Assembly (NCBI GenBank): GCA_002435745.1
Contig: DIWT01000043.1
Location: forward strand, 50,654-114,653
Direction of reading: 5' to 3'
Source: a bacterium UBP15_UBA6099
GTDB lineage: Bacteria; UBP15; UBA6099
Length of the DNA: 64,000 nucleotides
The position numbers and the translations under genes were made by a program. This document shows positions 17,993 to 28,216 of the stretch, piece by piece. The stretch's first letter is position 1. Each line of letters begins with the position of its first letter. The notes beneath the pieces are model-generated. The model did no database searches. It was given only the letters and a program-made list of their open reading frames with translations, and was not told the DNA's origin.

Positions 17993-19138
17993 ATGAGTCA
18001 GAGACGGAGCGACATAGATTGGCTGAGAGTGATAGCGGTTGCCATGCTTGTGCCGTTTCACACCGGGATGATTTTCTGTCTTTGGGGCTTCCATCTTAAA
18101 AACGACGAATTGAGCGTCGCGTTGACGGTTCAGAACGCTTTTATCAATTTGTGGCACATGCCCCTGTTCTTCTTCCTTTCCGGAGCGAGCGCGTGGCTCG
18201 CGCTTGATTTCAGAACTTCCAGCGAATTCGCCCGCGAGCGCGCCTCCCGGCTTATGCTTCCTTTCTTTTTCGGCTTTGCGGCGATGTGCCCTCCGCAGTT
18301 GTATTTCGAGCGGTTGCAAAAGGGCGAATTCTCCGGCTCGTTCGTCAAATTTTATCCGCATTTCTTCAACGGGCCGTACCCGGAAGGCAACTTGTCTTGG
18401 CAACATCTTTGGTTTCTACTCTATTTGTTTCTGATGTCGATGATAGCAATTCCTATATTGCGCTATCTGAGGTCAGAACGCGGGCAGGCCGTCATAGACA
18501 AACTGGCGTCACTCGCTTCGCGTCGGACGGCGATAATCGCGCTTCCGCTTCCGTTTCTAGTCATTCAATGCGTTGCCGGAGAAGGCTGGCCGAACGGAGA
18601 CCAGAATCTCATAGGCGACATGGACAACTTCGCGCAACATTTCGTTGTGTTCATTTACGGTTGCATGTTGTGTTCATCGGACAAATTTTGGCGCGGCGCG
18701 GAGAAAAACAGGCTGTTTTTCGGAATCGCCGGGACAGCCTGTTTCGCGGCGACTCAGATAATAGAATACAGCGATGGAATGAACATCGTGCGCGAGAATC
18801 CGGCGGCGGGCATAGGATGGCTGATTCTCAGAGCGGTCGGAACTTGGGGCCTGTTGCTGTCAATCCTCGGATACGGGAAGAGACATCTTAACTTCACGAA
18901 TAAAGCCCTAAAATACGCTTCGGAAGCCGCGCTGCCATTCTATATCATCCACCAGACGGTGATTATCATTATCGGATACTATGTGGTTCAAACCGGCTGG
19001 AGCGTGGCGGCAAAGTATTTAATAGTTGTTGTCGCGTCTTTCGGCGGCACGGCGCTTGTGTATGAAACGCTTGTCAGAAGATGGGCCGCGACGCGTTTTC
19101 TATTCGGGATGCGGACGAAGAAGCTCCGCCGGGCATGA
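17993..19138 (+). CDS. Acyltransferase family 3 integral membrane protein
   Basis: 381 aa, RRSDIDWLRVIAVAMLVPFHTG at the N-terminus and about 10 hydrophobic segments. Confidence 0.7.
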   Translation: MSQRRSDIDWLRVIAVAMLVPFHTGMIFCLWGFHLKNDELSVALTVQNAFINLWHMPLFFFLSGASAWLALDFRTSSEFARERASRLMLPFFFGFAAMCPPQLYFERLQKGEFSGSFVKFYPHFFNGPYPEGNLSWQHLWFLLYLFLMSMIAIPILRYLRSERGQAVIDKLASLASRRTAIIALPLPFLVIQCVAGEGWPNGDQNLIGDMDNFAQHFVVFIYGCMLCSSDKFWRGAEKNRLFFGIAGTACFAATQIIEYSDGMNIVRENPAAGIGWLILRAVGTWGLLLSILGYGKRHLNFTNKALKYASEAALPFYIIHQTVIIIIGYYVVQTGWSVAAKYLIVVVASFGGTALVYETLVRRWAATRFLFGMRTKKLRRA

Positions 19139-19270
19139 AGGGCGATGGCGTTTGTTTTTTTTGAGGCGCGAGCATTATTAGAAGGCAGATGATAAAATAA
19201 ATAGGCGTATAAGAACACCGAGGCAGCAGCGCGCGGGAGCGCCCGCGAATAAGCGAAAGGACTGTTCAAA

Positions 19271-19897
19271 ATGAAAAGAATAATAGTCTTTTGTTTGGCG
19301 GTTTGTGTCGCATTGACTTTTGCCGCGACGAACGCGGACGCCGAACGCCCGGAGAGGGAAAAGCCACAGCAGATTTCAGAATTCGGCGACGAGTTGTGCG
19401 GAATAATGAAGACCAATCCCGCGCGCACGATAGACCTCGTGCCGCTGCGGTTTATTATGAGAGTCGCAATATCCGGGGAACTCGGCGGAGAAAACTCGCT
19501 CGCCGAATTCTTGACGGAAAACGAGGTTAGCATATCCGAACTTATCGAAACCGCCTTGAGAGATGCGGACATGACGGATGAAAACGGCAACTACCGCGAG
19601 GGCATGGGAGCGGAATATTTCGGAGAGAACCCTGTCGCCGAATGCAGGCATTTTGACGCTAAACGGTTAGACTGCGAAGACCTTTATGAAAAGCTGGAAG
19701 CCGAAGGGCTTATGAACGGAACGGTTCCGGCGACAACAAAAGTGCTGACGGCCTCCGGCCAAGAGTTCGAAATTCAGGGTTGTTCGACGTTGCGAATGAT
19801 AACAAGCGAAGAAAACCTTCATCTAACCATGTTGATGTTCGATAATTATTGGACTCTCGTCGGGATGTTGGCGCTGACAGAGGACGAAAACAAATAA
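19271..19897 (+). CDS. Hypothetical secreted protein
   Basis: 208 aa with signal peptide MKRIIVFCLAVCVALTFAATNADA. No family recognised. Confidence 0.55.
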   Translation: MKRIIVFCLAVCVALTFAATNADAERPEREKPQQISEFGDELCGIMKTNPARTIDLVPLRFIMRVAISGELGGENSLAEFLTENEVSISELIETALRDADMTDENGNYREGMGAEYFGENPVAECRHFDAKRLDCEDLYEKLEAEGLMNGTVPATTKVLTASGQEFEIQGCSTLRMITSEENLHLTMLMFDNYWTLVGMLALTEDENK

Positions 19898-19932
19898 CGC
19901 GGCGGAGGGGAGGCGTATTTTAGGCCGCCGCG
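19898..19932. terminator. Hairpin filling the gap between two convergent stop codons (possible bidirectional terminator, no U-tract)
   Basis: CGCGGCGG (19898-19905) pairs with CCGCCGCG (19925-19932) around a 19-nt loop. It abuts TAA 19895-19897 (+) and TTA 19933-19935 (-). Confidence 0.3.
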
Positions 19933-20370
19933 TTAAGATTTTCCGACAAGTATTCCCCCTGCGACTATGAGGATTGCGCCTGCCAGCAGGTTGAACACGT
20001 TAACCTCGGAGTATTCCTTAAAAACAAAAAATCCCAGCGCCACTACCACAAGCGCGCTCATGTTCACAAGCGGGACGATTTTTGATATGGGCATGTTAAA
20101 GACAACGATGCCGACGCCGATAAGGGCGAAACCGGCTCCGAAGAGCAATCCGTGACCAGCGGCGAATGCTCCGGCCTTTAAAGAAAACGGACTGTTTTTC
20201 ATAACGAAAAAGGAAACGACGCCTGCCGTTATGATGCCCGTAGCGAACGAAATGAGATAATGAGACTGCGCTATGCCGATTTTGTTGCCTGCTTTCTGAA
20301 GGATCGACCCGGCGCCGAAAAGAATAGCCGGCAGTAGTCCGCCTATTATCACTCCTCTGATTCCTTCCAT
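19933..20370 (-). CDS. Small (about 4-5 TM) membrane protein, DMT/EamA-like half-transporter
   Basis: 145 aa, entirely hydrophobic and Gly-rich helices. Family assignment by eye only. Confidence 0.45.
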   Translation of the reverse strand: MEGIRGVIIGGLLPAILFGAGSILQKAGNKIGIAQSHYLISFATGIITAGVVSFFVMKNSPFSLKAGAFAAGHGLLFGAGFALIGVGIVVFNMPISKIVPLVNMSALVVVALGFFVFKEYSEVNVFNLLAGAILIVAGGILVGKS

Positions 20371-20488
20371 TAACCGCCTCCGTATTTGTCAGACCGATCG
20401 CAAGCATTTTATACGATGGCGTTGATAAAGCAATGTCTGAGCGGTCGGCGCGAGCGACGACGAATTTGAGATGGATAGCGAATAACGC

Positions 20489-21733
20489 TTATAAGCTTCG
20501 GTTTTCACGTTTTTCGAGATCGCGCCCGAAGAAGGAGAACCAAAGCGCGCCGATAATGCCGAAGGCGAACGCCGTAAACAGGTTAACGGCTGGCGACTTT
20601 ATCCACAGGAACGCGCCGCCGAAAGCGGCGAGCGACACCACCATATCCCGCGACAGATAATAGAATCCGAACATTGCGGCCTTGCAGTCCTCGGGCGCTA
20701 GTTCCATTATGAGCGCCTTGCGAGTCGGTTCGCCGAATTCCTTGAGACCGCGCACGATGAAGGCCACGACGAGCCACCAGAATGAATGGCTGAAATATAA
20801 TATGAGAGGGAATACGGAGAAGAACAGGAATGTCGCGACGACGAAAGGTTTCTTGCCGCTTTTGTCCGCGAGGGCCGCGACTGGGATATAAATGAGAATA
20901 GCCGTCGCCATCTCGATCGTCGTTAGCGCGCCGAACTGTATCGCGCTGACCGGATGCTCGATGGTTTTCATGCACCAAACGACGACGAAAGCGTAAGGAA
21001 TCTGCTCGCAGAAACGAACGAGAATGTCTGACACGAGCAGCAATCGGAGCTGCGGGGTCATCCGCGCGAGCATCGATTTGCGAGGAGTCGCCACTTGGCT
21101 CTTTTCCTTCGGCGAGTCCGGCTCGATGAGAATCTGTTGCAGGATCATCGCGGCGAACGCCATCGCGATAGCTCCGATGAACGCATAGCGGATGCCGTCG
21201 CGCTCTCCCCAAGCGGCGATGAAAGCGCCGCCGATGAGAGGCCCGAGTGCCATCGGGATGCGGCGCACGAGCGAGTGCATGCTGACGCCCATCGTTAGCT
21301 TGTTACTCGGCAGCGCGCGATTAATGAGACTCATGGTGGCGGGCAGGGATATCGCGCTCCAAGAGATGAAGAACAGCGCGCCGATGATGACAGCGCGCCA
21401 GTCCGGGACCGCCACTACTATCGCGAAGCCGAACATCGCGATGAGATTGAAGATGATTAGCGCGCGCTTTGCCCCAAGTCGCTCCGAGAGGAATCCGCCG
21501 GGATATGCGTATAGGGCGGACAGCAGATTGTCGAGACCGTTCAGCAGGCCGATGGAGATGGCGCCTCCCCCGATGGCCATCAGATAGATGGGCAGAAAGC
21601 GTTCGGCCATGCGCTCTCCCATATCGCAGAGTATGACCATCGCAAGCATGCCTACCATGCTGCGCTTGAGGCCGAGGAAAAGCGCGGCGCGTTTGAGCGA
21701 TGATCTATTGTCGAGTCTTCTTCCGGTTTTCAT
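20489..21733 (-). CDS. MFS transporter
   Basis: 414 aa with about 12 hydrophobic segments and the MFS-like loop GFLSERLGAKRA. Confidence 0.8.
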   Translation of the reverse strand: MKTGRRLDNRSSLKRAALFLGLKRSMVGMLAMVILCDMGERMAERFLPIYLMAIGGGAISIGLLNGLDNLLSALYAYPGGFLSERLGAKRALIIFNLIAMFGFAIVVAVPDWRAVIIGALFFISWSAISLPATMSLINRALPSNKLTMGVSMHSLVRRIPMALGPLIGGAFIAAWGERDGIRYAFIGAIAMAFAAMILQQILIEPDSPKEKSQVATPRKSMLARMTPQLRLLLVSDILVRFCEQIPYAFVVVWCMKTIEHPVSAIQFGALTTIEMATAILIYIPVAALADKSGKKPFVVATFLFFSVFPLILYFSHSFWWLVVAFIVRGLKEFGEPTRKALIMELAPEDCKAAMFGFYYLSRDMVVSLAAFGGAFLWIKSPAVNLFTAFAFGIIGALWFSFFGRDLEKRENRSL

Positions 21734-22197
21734 GTTTTTACTCGTTATTCGAATTTCATACAGTGAAAGAATTATACAACCAAGCGCCTCTCAAAAATAG
21801 AATCGCGTTTTGCCCGAGCAATAACGTTTCAGCCCGCATTCTTGAATAACCCGGCCAACTGAAGACACTCATCCTCGTATTCTTGTCGATTCTCCAAAAA
21901 ACTCTTATATGCGCTGATTGCTCTTTCTTGTCATTAGTGAAGTGTTTAGAGCTTGTCCCGGCGGATTGGCGATTTTAGAGAGATTTCGCACGTAGAAAGG
22001 AAAATGGTTTTCTGTCTCGGAACACTGGGGGATGAAAGGTGTCTAAAATGTGGACGATAGGAACGGAAGTGGCCGGGATGATTGTGGCGCATGGGAAATC
22101 GTATTATAATTCCGAGCCGGAAGATTACGGGACGGCGGCAGCCGACCTGAGCCGAGCCGCGCGCGGGCGCGCACAAACATTGCGGAGGAGCAAATTA

Positions 22198-22761
22198 ATG
22201 ATACCGAGCGGACTGTACTTCACAAAGGGCGTTGGACGCCACAAACTTAAACTTGCGAGTTTTGAGCTTGCGCTCCGCAAGGCGGGCATCGAAAAGTTCA
22301 ATCTGGTGACGGTTTCTTCGATCTTTCCGCCGCATTGCGTTGTCCTTAAACGAGAGATGGTTGTGGAAAAACCCGGCGATGGCGTGAAGTATATTCTTAG
22401 TCCCGGTCAAATTGTTTATACGGTTATAGCGAGAAACGAAACGAACGAACATGGAAGGCTGATTTCCGCCGGGGTCGGGCTTGCTCAGCCGATTGACCCG
22501 GAGATGTACGGATATTTGAGCGAAGTTCACGAGTTCGGGATGACGACGGACAAGACTTCGGAGCTTGCAGAGGATCTGGCCGCCGAGATGCTGGCTTCGA
22601 CTCTGGGGTTGGCTTTCGACCCGGACAAATCTTGGAACGAGCGAAAAGAGGAGTGGGCGATAGCAGGAAAGATATATCGCCCGCGTTCCATCGTTCAAGC
22701 CGCAAAAGGCGAGCAGAAGTTGTGGACAAGCGTTGTCGCCGCCGCGATATTCGTCCCCTGA
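22198..22761 (+). CDS. pdaD: Pyruvoyl-dependent arginine decarboxylase
   Basis: MIPSGLYFTKGVGRHK...FNLVTVSSIFPP, containing the self-cleavage Ser-Ser motif. Trimmed from track start 22039 to the ATG at 22198, which has GGAGGAG 7 nt upstream. 187 aa fits the family. Confidence 0.85.
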   Translation: MIPSGLYFTKGVGRHKLKLASFELALRKAGIEKFNLVTVSSIFPPHCVVLKREMVVEKPGDGVKYILSPGQIVYTVIARNETNEHGRLISAGVGLAQPIDPEMYGYLSEVHEFGMTTDKTSELAEDLAAEMLASTLGLAFDPDKSWNERKEEWAIAGKIYRPRSIVQAAKGEQKLWTSVVAAAIFVP

Positions 22762-22797
22762 CGATTATTTGCAGGCTTTTTTTGACAGGAGGTTTTT

Positions 22798-23373
22798 ATG
22801 AAAGTTGTAGCGATAAACGGCAGTCCCAGAAAAAAAGGAAACACGCATAATTCATTGCGCAGAATTTTGGACAGCCTTGAGAAGAACGGCATAGAGACGG
22901 AATTTATTCAATTGGGAGGAGTCGCCGCTGGCGGATGCACGGCCTGTTACAAGTGTTTCGACGTTAAGGACGGGGCATGCCACGGCCGCAAGGACGACAT
23001 CAATTCGATTATAACGGCCGTTATGTCCGCAGACGCGGTTTTGCTCGGCTCTCCGGTGTATTTCGGATCGGTCACCGCCGAGATGAAAGCTCTGATAGAC
23101 CGCGCGGGGCTAGTGAGCAGGGCGAATGGGCATTTGCTGTCTAGGAAGGTCGGGGCGGCGGTGGTCTCCGTAAGGCGACAGGGCGGGCTTGCCACTTTCA
23201 ACCAGATAAATCAGTTTTTCCTCATAAACAACATGGTAGTGCCCGGAGCCGGCTACTGGAATATAGCGGTGGGCAGAGAGCCGGGGGACGCGCTCAACGA
23301 CGAGGAAGGCATGAAAACGATGGACGAGCTTGCCGACAACATCGTTTGGCTCCTCGGCAGGCTGGCAGGATGA
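22798..23373 (+). CDS. Flavodoxin-like fold NAD(P)H-dependent FMN reductase / iron-sulfur flavoprotein-like protein
   Basis: MKVVAINGSPRKKGNT...GCTACYKC...LLGSPVYFGSVTAEMKALIDR. Confidence 0.85.
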   Translation: MKVVAINGSPRKKGNTHNSLRRILDSLEKNGIETEFIQLGGVAAGGCTACYKCFDVKDGACHGRKDDINSIITAVMSADAVLLGSPVYFGSVTAEMKALIDRAGLVSRANGHLLSRKVGAAVVSVRRQGGLATFNQINQFFLINNMVVPGAGYWNIAVGREPGDALNDEEGMKTMDELADNIVWLLGRLAG

Positions 23374-23470
23374 TGGTTTCTTTTTGTTTCGCAAGCATTA
23401 TTCAGCAAGATGGCAATGTATAATGGCGTAAGTTGGATATTAATATGTATATGAATCTTTATGGAGGCGT

Positions 23471-25240
23471 ATGATGAGGGTGTGCAACAAAAAAATGGCG
23501 GCGGCGATGATAACGCTTCTCGCGGCTCTGTGGACCCCCGCGTTCGCGCAGGACGCAACAGTGGAAACGGATGTCATTATCACGAAAATCGAAGTTGCGG
23601 GAGTGTTCGAAGTCGACGAAAGCGAAATCCTCGCGGTGGTCGAGTCGGCTGTCGGCTCAAAGCTGTCCACTGAAACCCTTCAGGACGACCTTCAGAGAAT
23701 ATTCGACCTCGGCTACTTTTCAGAGGACGTGAAGGCCAGTCTGGCTGAATTTCAGGGCGGCGCGCGCGTCACTTTCAGGGTGACGGAGAACCCCGTCATA
23801 AACGCCGTTATATTCGAGGGCGCGAGCGTTTACACCGAAGCGCAACTCGGCGAACTGATGCGCGCAAAACGCAACACCATTCTCAACAGCAACAACCTCA
23901 GGACTGATGTCGAAGCGATTGAAAACAAATACATCGGCGACGGATACATTGCCGCCAGAGTGATAGACGCAAGGATAGACGCCGCCAAAAATCTGAACAT
24001 CGTCATTTCGGAAGGCGTGATTCAGGCGATTAAAGTGGCGTATGTGGTTGTCGCAAGCGACGAACTGAATACGGAAGAGCCTTCGGTTTCCGACACCGGC
24101 AAAACGAAGGATTACGTGATAACTCGCGAGATGAAAATTAAACCCGGAGACATCTATAACAAGAATAATCTTGGTCGCGACCTCCAGAAGATTTACAACT
24201 TGGGGTTTTTCGACGATGTCCACACGCGGGTGGATCCCGGCGACAAGCCCGGTCACATAATCCTTGTGGTAGAGGTCGAGGAGGGCAAAACCGGCTCGGC
24301 GGGTTTCGGCGCGGGGTACAGCTCGAACACCGGCCTTACGGGATTCCTGACGTATTCGGAGAGGAACCTGAAAGGGAAGGCGCGCCGGGTGGACGCGAAG
24401 ACGGAGTTCGGCGGAAAGAGGGACAACTTCGAGTTGGGTTATTTCGAGCCGTGGCTGGACAAGAAGCAGACCAGCGGCGAAGTGAATATTTACAGCACAT
24501 ACAGGGAGAATCTCCGGTATGGCCTGTCAGGGCTTATCACCGAGGATTACGAGGAAATCCGCAGGGGTTTCAATATGACCTTCGGGCGCCCGATATCGAA
24601 CTATACGCGCGTGTTCGTGGGCTATAAAATCGAGAATGTGGCCGTCACGCCTGAGGAACTGTATTCGTATCTGGACGGCTCGTCGCGCAGCGTTACCGGA
24701 ACGATCAGGACTGACACCCGCGATTATATTTTCAATCCCACTACAGGCCGGTACGACAGCGCGTCGCTTGAACTGAACGGCGGGTTGCTCGGCGGGGACT
24801 ACGACTACGAAAAGATGACGCTGGAGGGCAGGCGGTACTATCCGATTCGGAAGAACCACACGCTTTGCGGCAGGATTATGATAGGACTGGGACAGGGAGA
24901 CATTCCCAGATTCGACTATTTCGACCTCGGCGGCGTCAACACATTGCGCGGCTATGACGAATACCAGTTCGGCGGGACAAAACTGGTGCTCTACAACCTT
25001 GAATACAGGGTAAGTCTTTCCGGAAACCTGAGCGCGGCTCTGTTCGCCGACGCAGGCAACGCTTGGATGAGCGCGTCGGACATGAAATTCCTGCCCGGCA
25101 AAGACATGTATCGCTCATACGGGGTGGGTCTAAGATTGAAGATACCCGCTTTCGGAATCGGCCCGGTGAGGCTCGACTACGCCGTCACGGTCGAGGATAA
25201 AGATTCCAAACTTCATTTCGGATTCGGACACATGTTCTAA
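23471..25240 (+). CDS. bamA: Omp85/BamA-family outer membrane protein assembly factor (short form with a reduced POTRA region)
   Basis: Signal peptide, POTRA-like repeats (I.I.G......E.L), a C-terminal barrel with GGVNTLRGYDEYQFGG, and terminal HFGFGHMF. At 589 aa it is well below the ~800 aa of proteobacterial BamA. Confidence 0.8.
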   Translation: MMRVCNKKMAAAMITLLAALWTPAFAQDATVETDVIITKIEVAGVFEVDESEILAVVESAVGSKLSTETLQDDLQRIFDLGYFSEDVKASLAEFQGGARVTFRVTENPVINAVIFEGASVYTEAQLGELMRAKRNTILNSNNLRTDVEAIENKYIGDGYIAARVIDARIDAAKNLNIVISEGVIQAIKVAYVVVASDELNTEEPSVSDTGKTKDYVITREMKIKPGDIYNKNNLGRDLQKIYNLGFFDDVHTRVDPGDKPGHIILVVEVEEGKTGSAGFGAGYSSNTGLTGFLTYSERNLKGKARRVDAKTEFGGKRDNFELGYFEPWLDKKQTSGEVNIYSTYRENLRYGLSGLITEDYEEIRRGFNMTFGRPISNYTRVFVGYKIENVAVTPEELYSYLDGSSRSVTGTIRTDTRDYIFNPTTGRYDSASLELNGGLLGGDYDYEKMTLEGRRYYPIRKNHTLCGRIMIGLGQGDIPRFDYFDLGGVNTLRGYDEYQFGGTKLVLYNLEYRVSLSGNLSAALFADAGNAWMSASDMKFLPGKDMYRSYGVGLRLKIPAFGIGPVRLDYAVTVEDKDSKLHFGFGHMF

Positions 25241-25268
25241 TCCTCCTACGGGGAGACGCGGCGCTCGC

Positions 25269-26570
25269 ATGAGATTATGGTTGACAATCAGCATTCTGTC
25301 GCTCGCCGTTGCGGTCGTTTTCAACGCATCGGCCTTAGCGAACGCGCCCGGCGGGACGGTTTCTTCAACTTCAGTGCGAATCGAGCTCGTCTCTTCCGTT
25401 CCTGAGCCTATACTGGCGAGAATCAAGAGCGCGGCGGAAACGGTGGCATCCCGCGCGCTCGAAGGAAAAACCATTCAAGAAGCCGAAGCGGTAAAGGCTT
25501 CTCTTGCTCAGGCGATGGAGATGATTTTCAACGAGACGCTGAGCGGCTTCAGCGTAGAGACGCTTGAAATCGACATTGCAGAGAATACCGTCGTGAAGAT
25601 GAGGCTGCTGCCTTCCCAACCGGCGATAAAAAGGGTCAAGTTCGAGATTCGCCGCCCAGCGGGACTAGCTCCGTATTGGAACGATTTCTTCGAAAACAGG
25701 CTGGATATGGCTCGCGGAGAAATCCTCTCTCTGATATCGGGCGTTCCCGTTAGCTCGGCGAGATGGTCCACAGAAATTGTTTCTTCCATAGTGTCGGATT
25801 GGCTTAAGGACAAAAACAGATTCCCCGGATTCATTCTTACCCCCAAGGCGACCATCGGGGAGCAGACTCTCATCACACTCGACATCAGAACAGCTTCGGA
25901 CACCATAAGTTTTGTTTTCGTCAAGCCTCGCTCAACGACAATGCCCTCTCTTCTGTTGGACAGGCTTAAGTTCGATTTAGCCGCCCACTCGGAATTCATA
26001 GTGGGCCTGCCTATTGTTTTCGCCGAAAGGTACGAGAGGGAAATCGTGGATTATTTCTTTAATTACCTTGCGACGAACAGCCAGACGGACAAGTTCGGTC
26101 TGAGATACGATATAAAGCCCACTTTCGGAAAGAACACCGTGATAAGGACGCTGGCGGAATCGGAGAAGTACAGCGCGTTCGCGCGGGCGAAAGTCAGCGT
26201 GGACCGAGAACAGCGGAACCCGGACATCGAAGGGCATTTCGGATTTTTCGCGGGGCCGAAAACGGAACTTTTCCTCGAGACGAATTTTCTCCCCGGCCCG
26301 CTGGACCTGCAGATGAACGCGGGAGCGGGACGGAGGTTCGGAAATTTCTATGCCGCCGGCGGCTGGAACTTCGTAGACGACCTCGGAAGGGTATGGCTCG
26401 ACTGGTTTATAACTGAAGACATCATCATTTCGTACGAGAAGAATGTGTCGGATATCATAGACGAGCGAAACGAGGGAAGCGTCAAGTTCAAGGCGCACGA
26501 CTATTTCAGTTTCGACGTGGTGACGGATTTCAACACAAAAGTGTGGTTGAGGATAGTGGCGAACCTGTAA
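25269..26570 (+). CDS. Hypothetical exported protein, possibly an outer-membrane beta-barrel, encoded between bamA and skp
   Basis: 433 aa with a signal peptide ending ALANA. The C-terminal third has an alternating hydrophobic pattern (FYAAGGWNF, VWLDWFI, YFSFDVV, VWLRIVANL). No family recognised. Confidence 0.55.
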   Translation: MRLWLTISILSLAVAVVFNASALANAPGGTVSSTSVRIELVSSVPEPILARIKSAAETVASRALEGKTIQEAEAVKASLAQAMEMIFNETLSGFSVETLEIDIAENTVVKMRLLPSQPAIKRVKFEIRRPAGLAPYWNDFFENRLDMARGEILSLISGVPVSSARWSTEIVSSIVSDWLKDKNRFPGFILTPKATIGEQTLITLDIRTASDTISFVFVKPRSTTMPSLLLDRLKFDLAAHSEFIVGLPIVFAERYEREIVDYFFNYLATNSQTDKFGLRYDIKPTFGKNTVIRTLAESEKYSAFARAKVSVDREQRNPDIEGHFGFFAGPKTELFLETNFLPGPLDLQMNAGAGRRFGNFYAAGGWNFVDDLGRVWLDWFITEDIIISYEKNVSDIIDERNEGSVKFKAHDYFSFDVVTDFNTKVWLRIVANL

Positions 26571-26616
26571 TGCGGGCGCGACTGAGACGGATCATCCATC
26601 GGGAGGAAACACAGAG

Positions 26617-27120
26617 ATGAATGTTTATTTGAGAGCGTTGACGATAATCGCGGCGATAGCGGCGATAGCCGGAGCGAGCGCGTTTATATCGACCAAGCGC
26701 GCGACGGGAGCCGCCGAAGCTCAATCGTCCGTAGTCATCGCTTTCGTCGATTCGGAAGAAATTCTTGAGGCTTTTCCGCAGGCAGTCAGGGTCAACATGG
26801 AACTGAGCGAGCTTAGAAAAAAGAGCGAGGAAAGCCTTAGAGAGCAGATAACGGCTAAGTTCGGAACAGGCGATATCGCCGCTTTGCCGGCGAGTTCCCA
26901 AATTGAAGTCCAGCAGATGGTGGAGAAAGCGGACGAGGACTACCAGAAAGAAATGGAGAGGCTGCGGCAGCAGAAGTGGACGCCGGTGGTGGACGCCGTC
27001 AACAGCGTTATCCAGCAGGTCGGCGTCGAGTTCAAGGCGCAGGTCGTGCTTGAACGCGAAGTCGTGCTGCATGGCGGCATCGATCTGACGGACGAAGTCA
27101 TCAAGAAGCTGCCCAAATAG
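26617..27120 (+). CDS. skp: OmpH/Skp-family periplasmic chaperone
   Basis: 167 aa. Signal anchor, VIAFVDSEEILEAFPQ, a coiled-coil core and the C-terminal DLTDEVIKKL. It sits in the canonical position between bamA and lpxD. Confidence 0.7.
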   Translation: MNVYLRALTIIAAIAAIAGASAFISTKRATGAAEAQSSVVIAFVDSEEILEAFPQAVRVNMELSELRKKSEESLREQITAKFGTGDIAALPASSQIEVQQMVEKADEDYQKEMERLRQQKWTPVVDAVNSVIQQVGVEFKAQVVLEREVVLHGGIDLTDEVIKKLPK

Positions 27121-27127
27121 AGAGCTT

Positions 27128-28216
27128 ATGAAGAGGCGGTTGATATGGCTGACGGCCGCCATGCTGTGCGTTGCGGCGGCGCTCTACCTTGCTCTCCGCG
27201 AGCCTGCCCGGCCGGATGTCTCGATAGGTTGCGCGGACGCGCAACTCCTCTTTGAGTCAACTCCCGAATATCAATTGTTGAAAGCTGTCAGGATGTCTTT
27301 CGAGATGGAAGGCGACCGTCGGCGCGCCGCGACCGGAGCCGCTTTCGGCGCGTCTTTTCCGTCCCGCGTTCTAGGCTCAGAAATCCGTGGTCTTGAAGAT
27401 GGTTTCGCGGCTAGGGGCCGGAACATAGGCAGCCTGATGTCCGCAAGCGCGCTCGACGCTCTGCGCAGGGACTTCATCTCATATCGCGATATCTATTCAG
27501 CCGAAGACGCGCGCGCGCACGAAGCGACTGCGAGGCGGCTCGAATCGCTTCACAGGCAGCTTAACAGGCCGGACCCGGAAGACCCGATGGCGAAAGAGAA
27601 GTTCGAGCTTTTCGCGCTCAGGCTTAAGTTGAAGGCGCTCACGCGAGACCCCTATGTTTTCTCTGAAGACCGGCTGGCGAGGCTGGAGTCGGAAGCGGAG
27701 GCGCTGCGCGTGGCGATAGATGAATACGAGAGATCGAGGACTGCGGCGCTTCAACGAGAATATGACAGGGTCGCGGGAGCCGAGAGGGAGGAGTTCCTCA
27801 GCGGCTCGCGCCGCAGAGAGGCGGAACTTAAGGAGCGCGCCGCCCGGATGCTCGAAGAGTCTGAAATAATGTTGTCGATGGTCTCGGACGCGCACAAAAC
27901 CGATCTGTCGTCCCGAGCGGGGGCGTCGGCGGCGGAACGGAAAAAGATGACGGCTAAAGCGCGGTCAGCAGAAGCGGGCCCCGCGCCGACTTCAATCTCC
28001 GCGTTCGAATCGCTGGAAAAGGATTTGAAAAAGGAATTTATTCGCGGCATGATGCGCCGCGCTCCTGCGGTGGCGGATAAACGCGGGCTGTCCGTCATCC
28101 TAATTTCGCGGCATCCGCTCCCTCGCGGCGCGGTCGATGTGACCGGGGATTTTCTGACGGGCGCGGGAAAGATTGAAAGCGAGGAAAAGACAAGCGATGA
28201 AAATGAGAATAAGTGA
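27128..28216 (+). CDS. Hypothetical membrane-anchored Arg/Glu-rich coiled-coil protein (long Skp-like?)
   Basis: 362 aa. N-terminal TM/signal segment, a long charged helical region, and a C-terminus RGLSVILISRHPLPRGAVDVTGDFL reminiscent of OmpH family ends. Confidence 0.5.
   Translation: MKRRLIWLTAAMLCVAAALYLALREPARPDVSIGCADAQLLFESTPEYQLLKAVRMSFEMEGDRRRAATGAAFGASFPSRVLGSEIRGLEDGFAARGRNIGSLMSASALDALRRDFISYRDIYSAEDARAHEATARRLESLHRQLNRPDPEDPMAKEKFELFALRLKLKALTRDPYVFSEDRLARLESEAEALRVAIDEYERSRTAALQREYDRVAGAEREEFLSGSRRREAELKERAARMLEESEIMLSMVSDAHKTDLSSRAGASAAERKKMTAKARSAEAGPAPTSISAFESLEKDLKKEFIRGMMRRAPAVADKRGLSVILISRHPLPRGAVDVTGDFLTGAGKIESEEKTSDENENK

Noticed and set aside
21734-22197. The ~460-nt region upstream of pdaD as a possible riboswitch or leader.
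   Set aside because: It also serves as the divergent promoter region for the MFS gene. I could identify no conserved riboswitch core or convincing terminator/antiterminator pair by eye.
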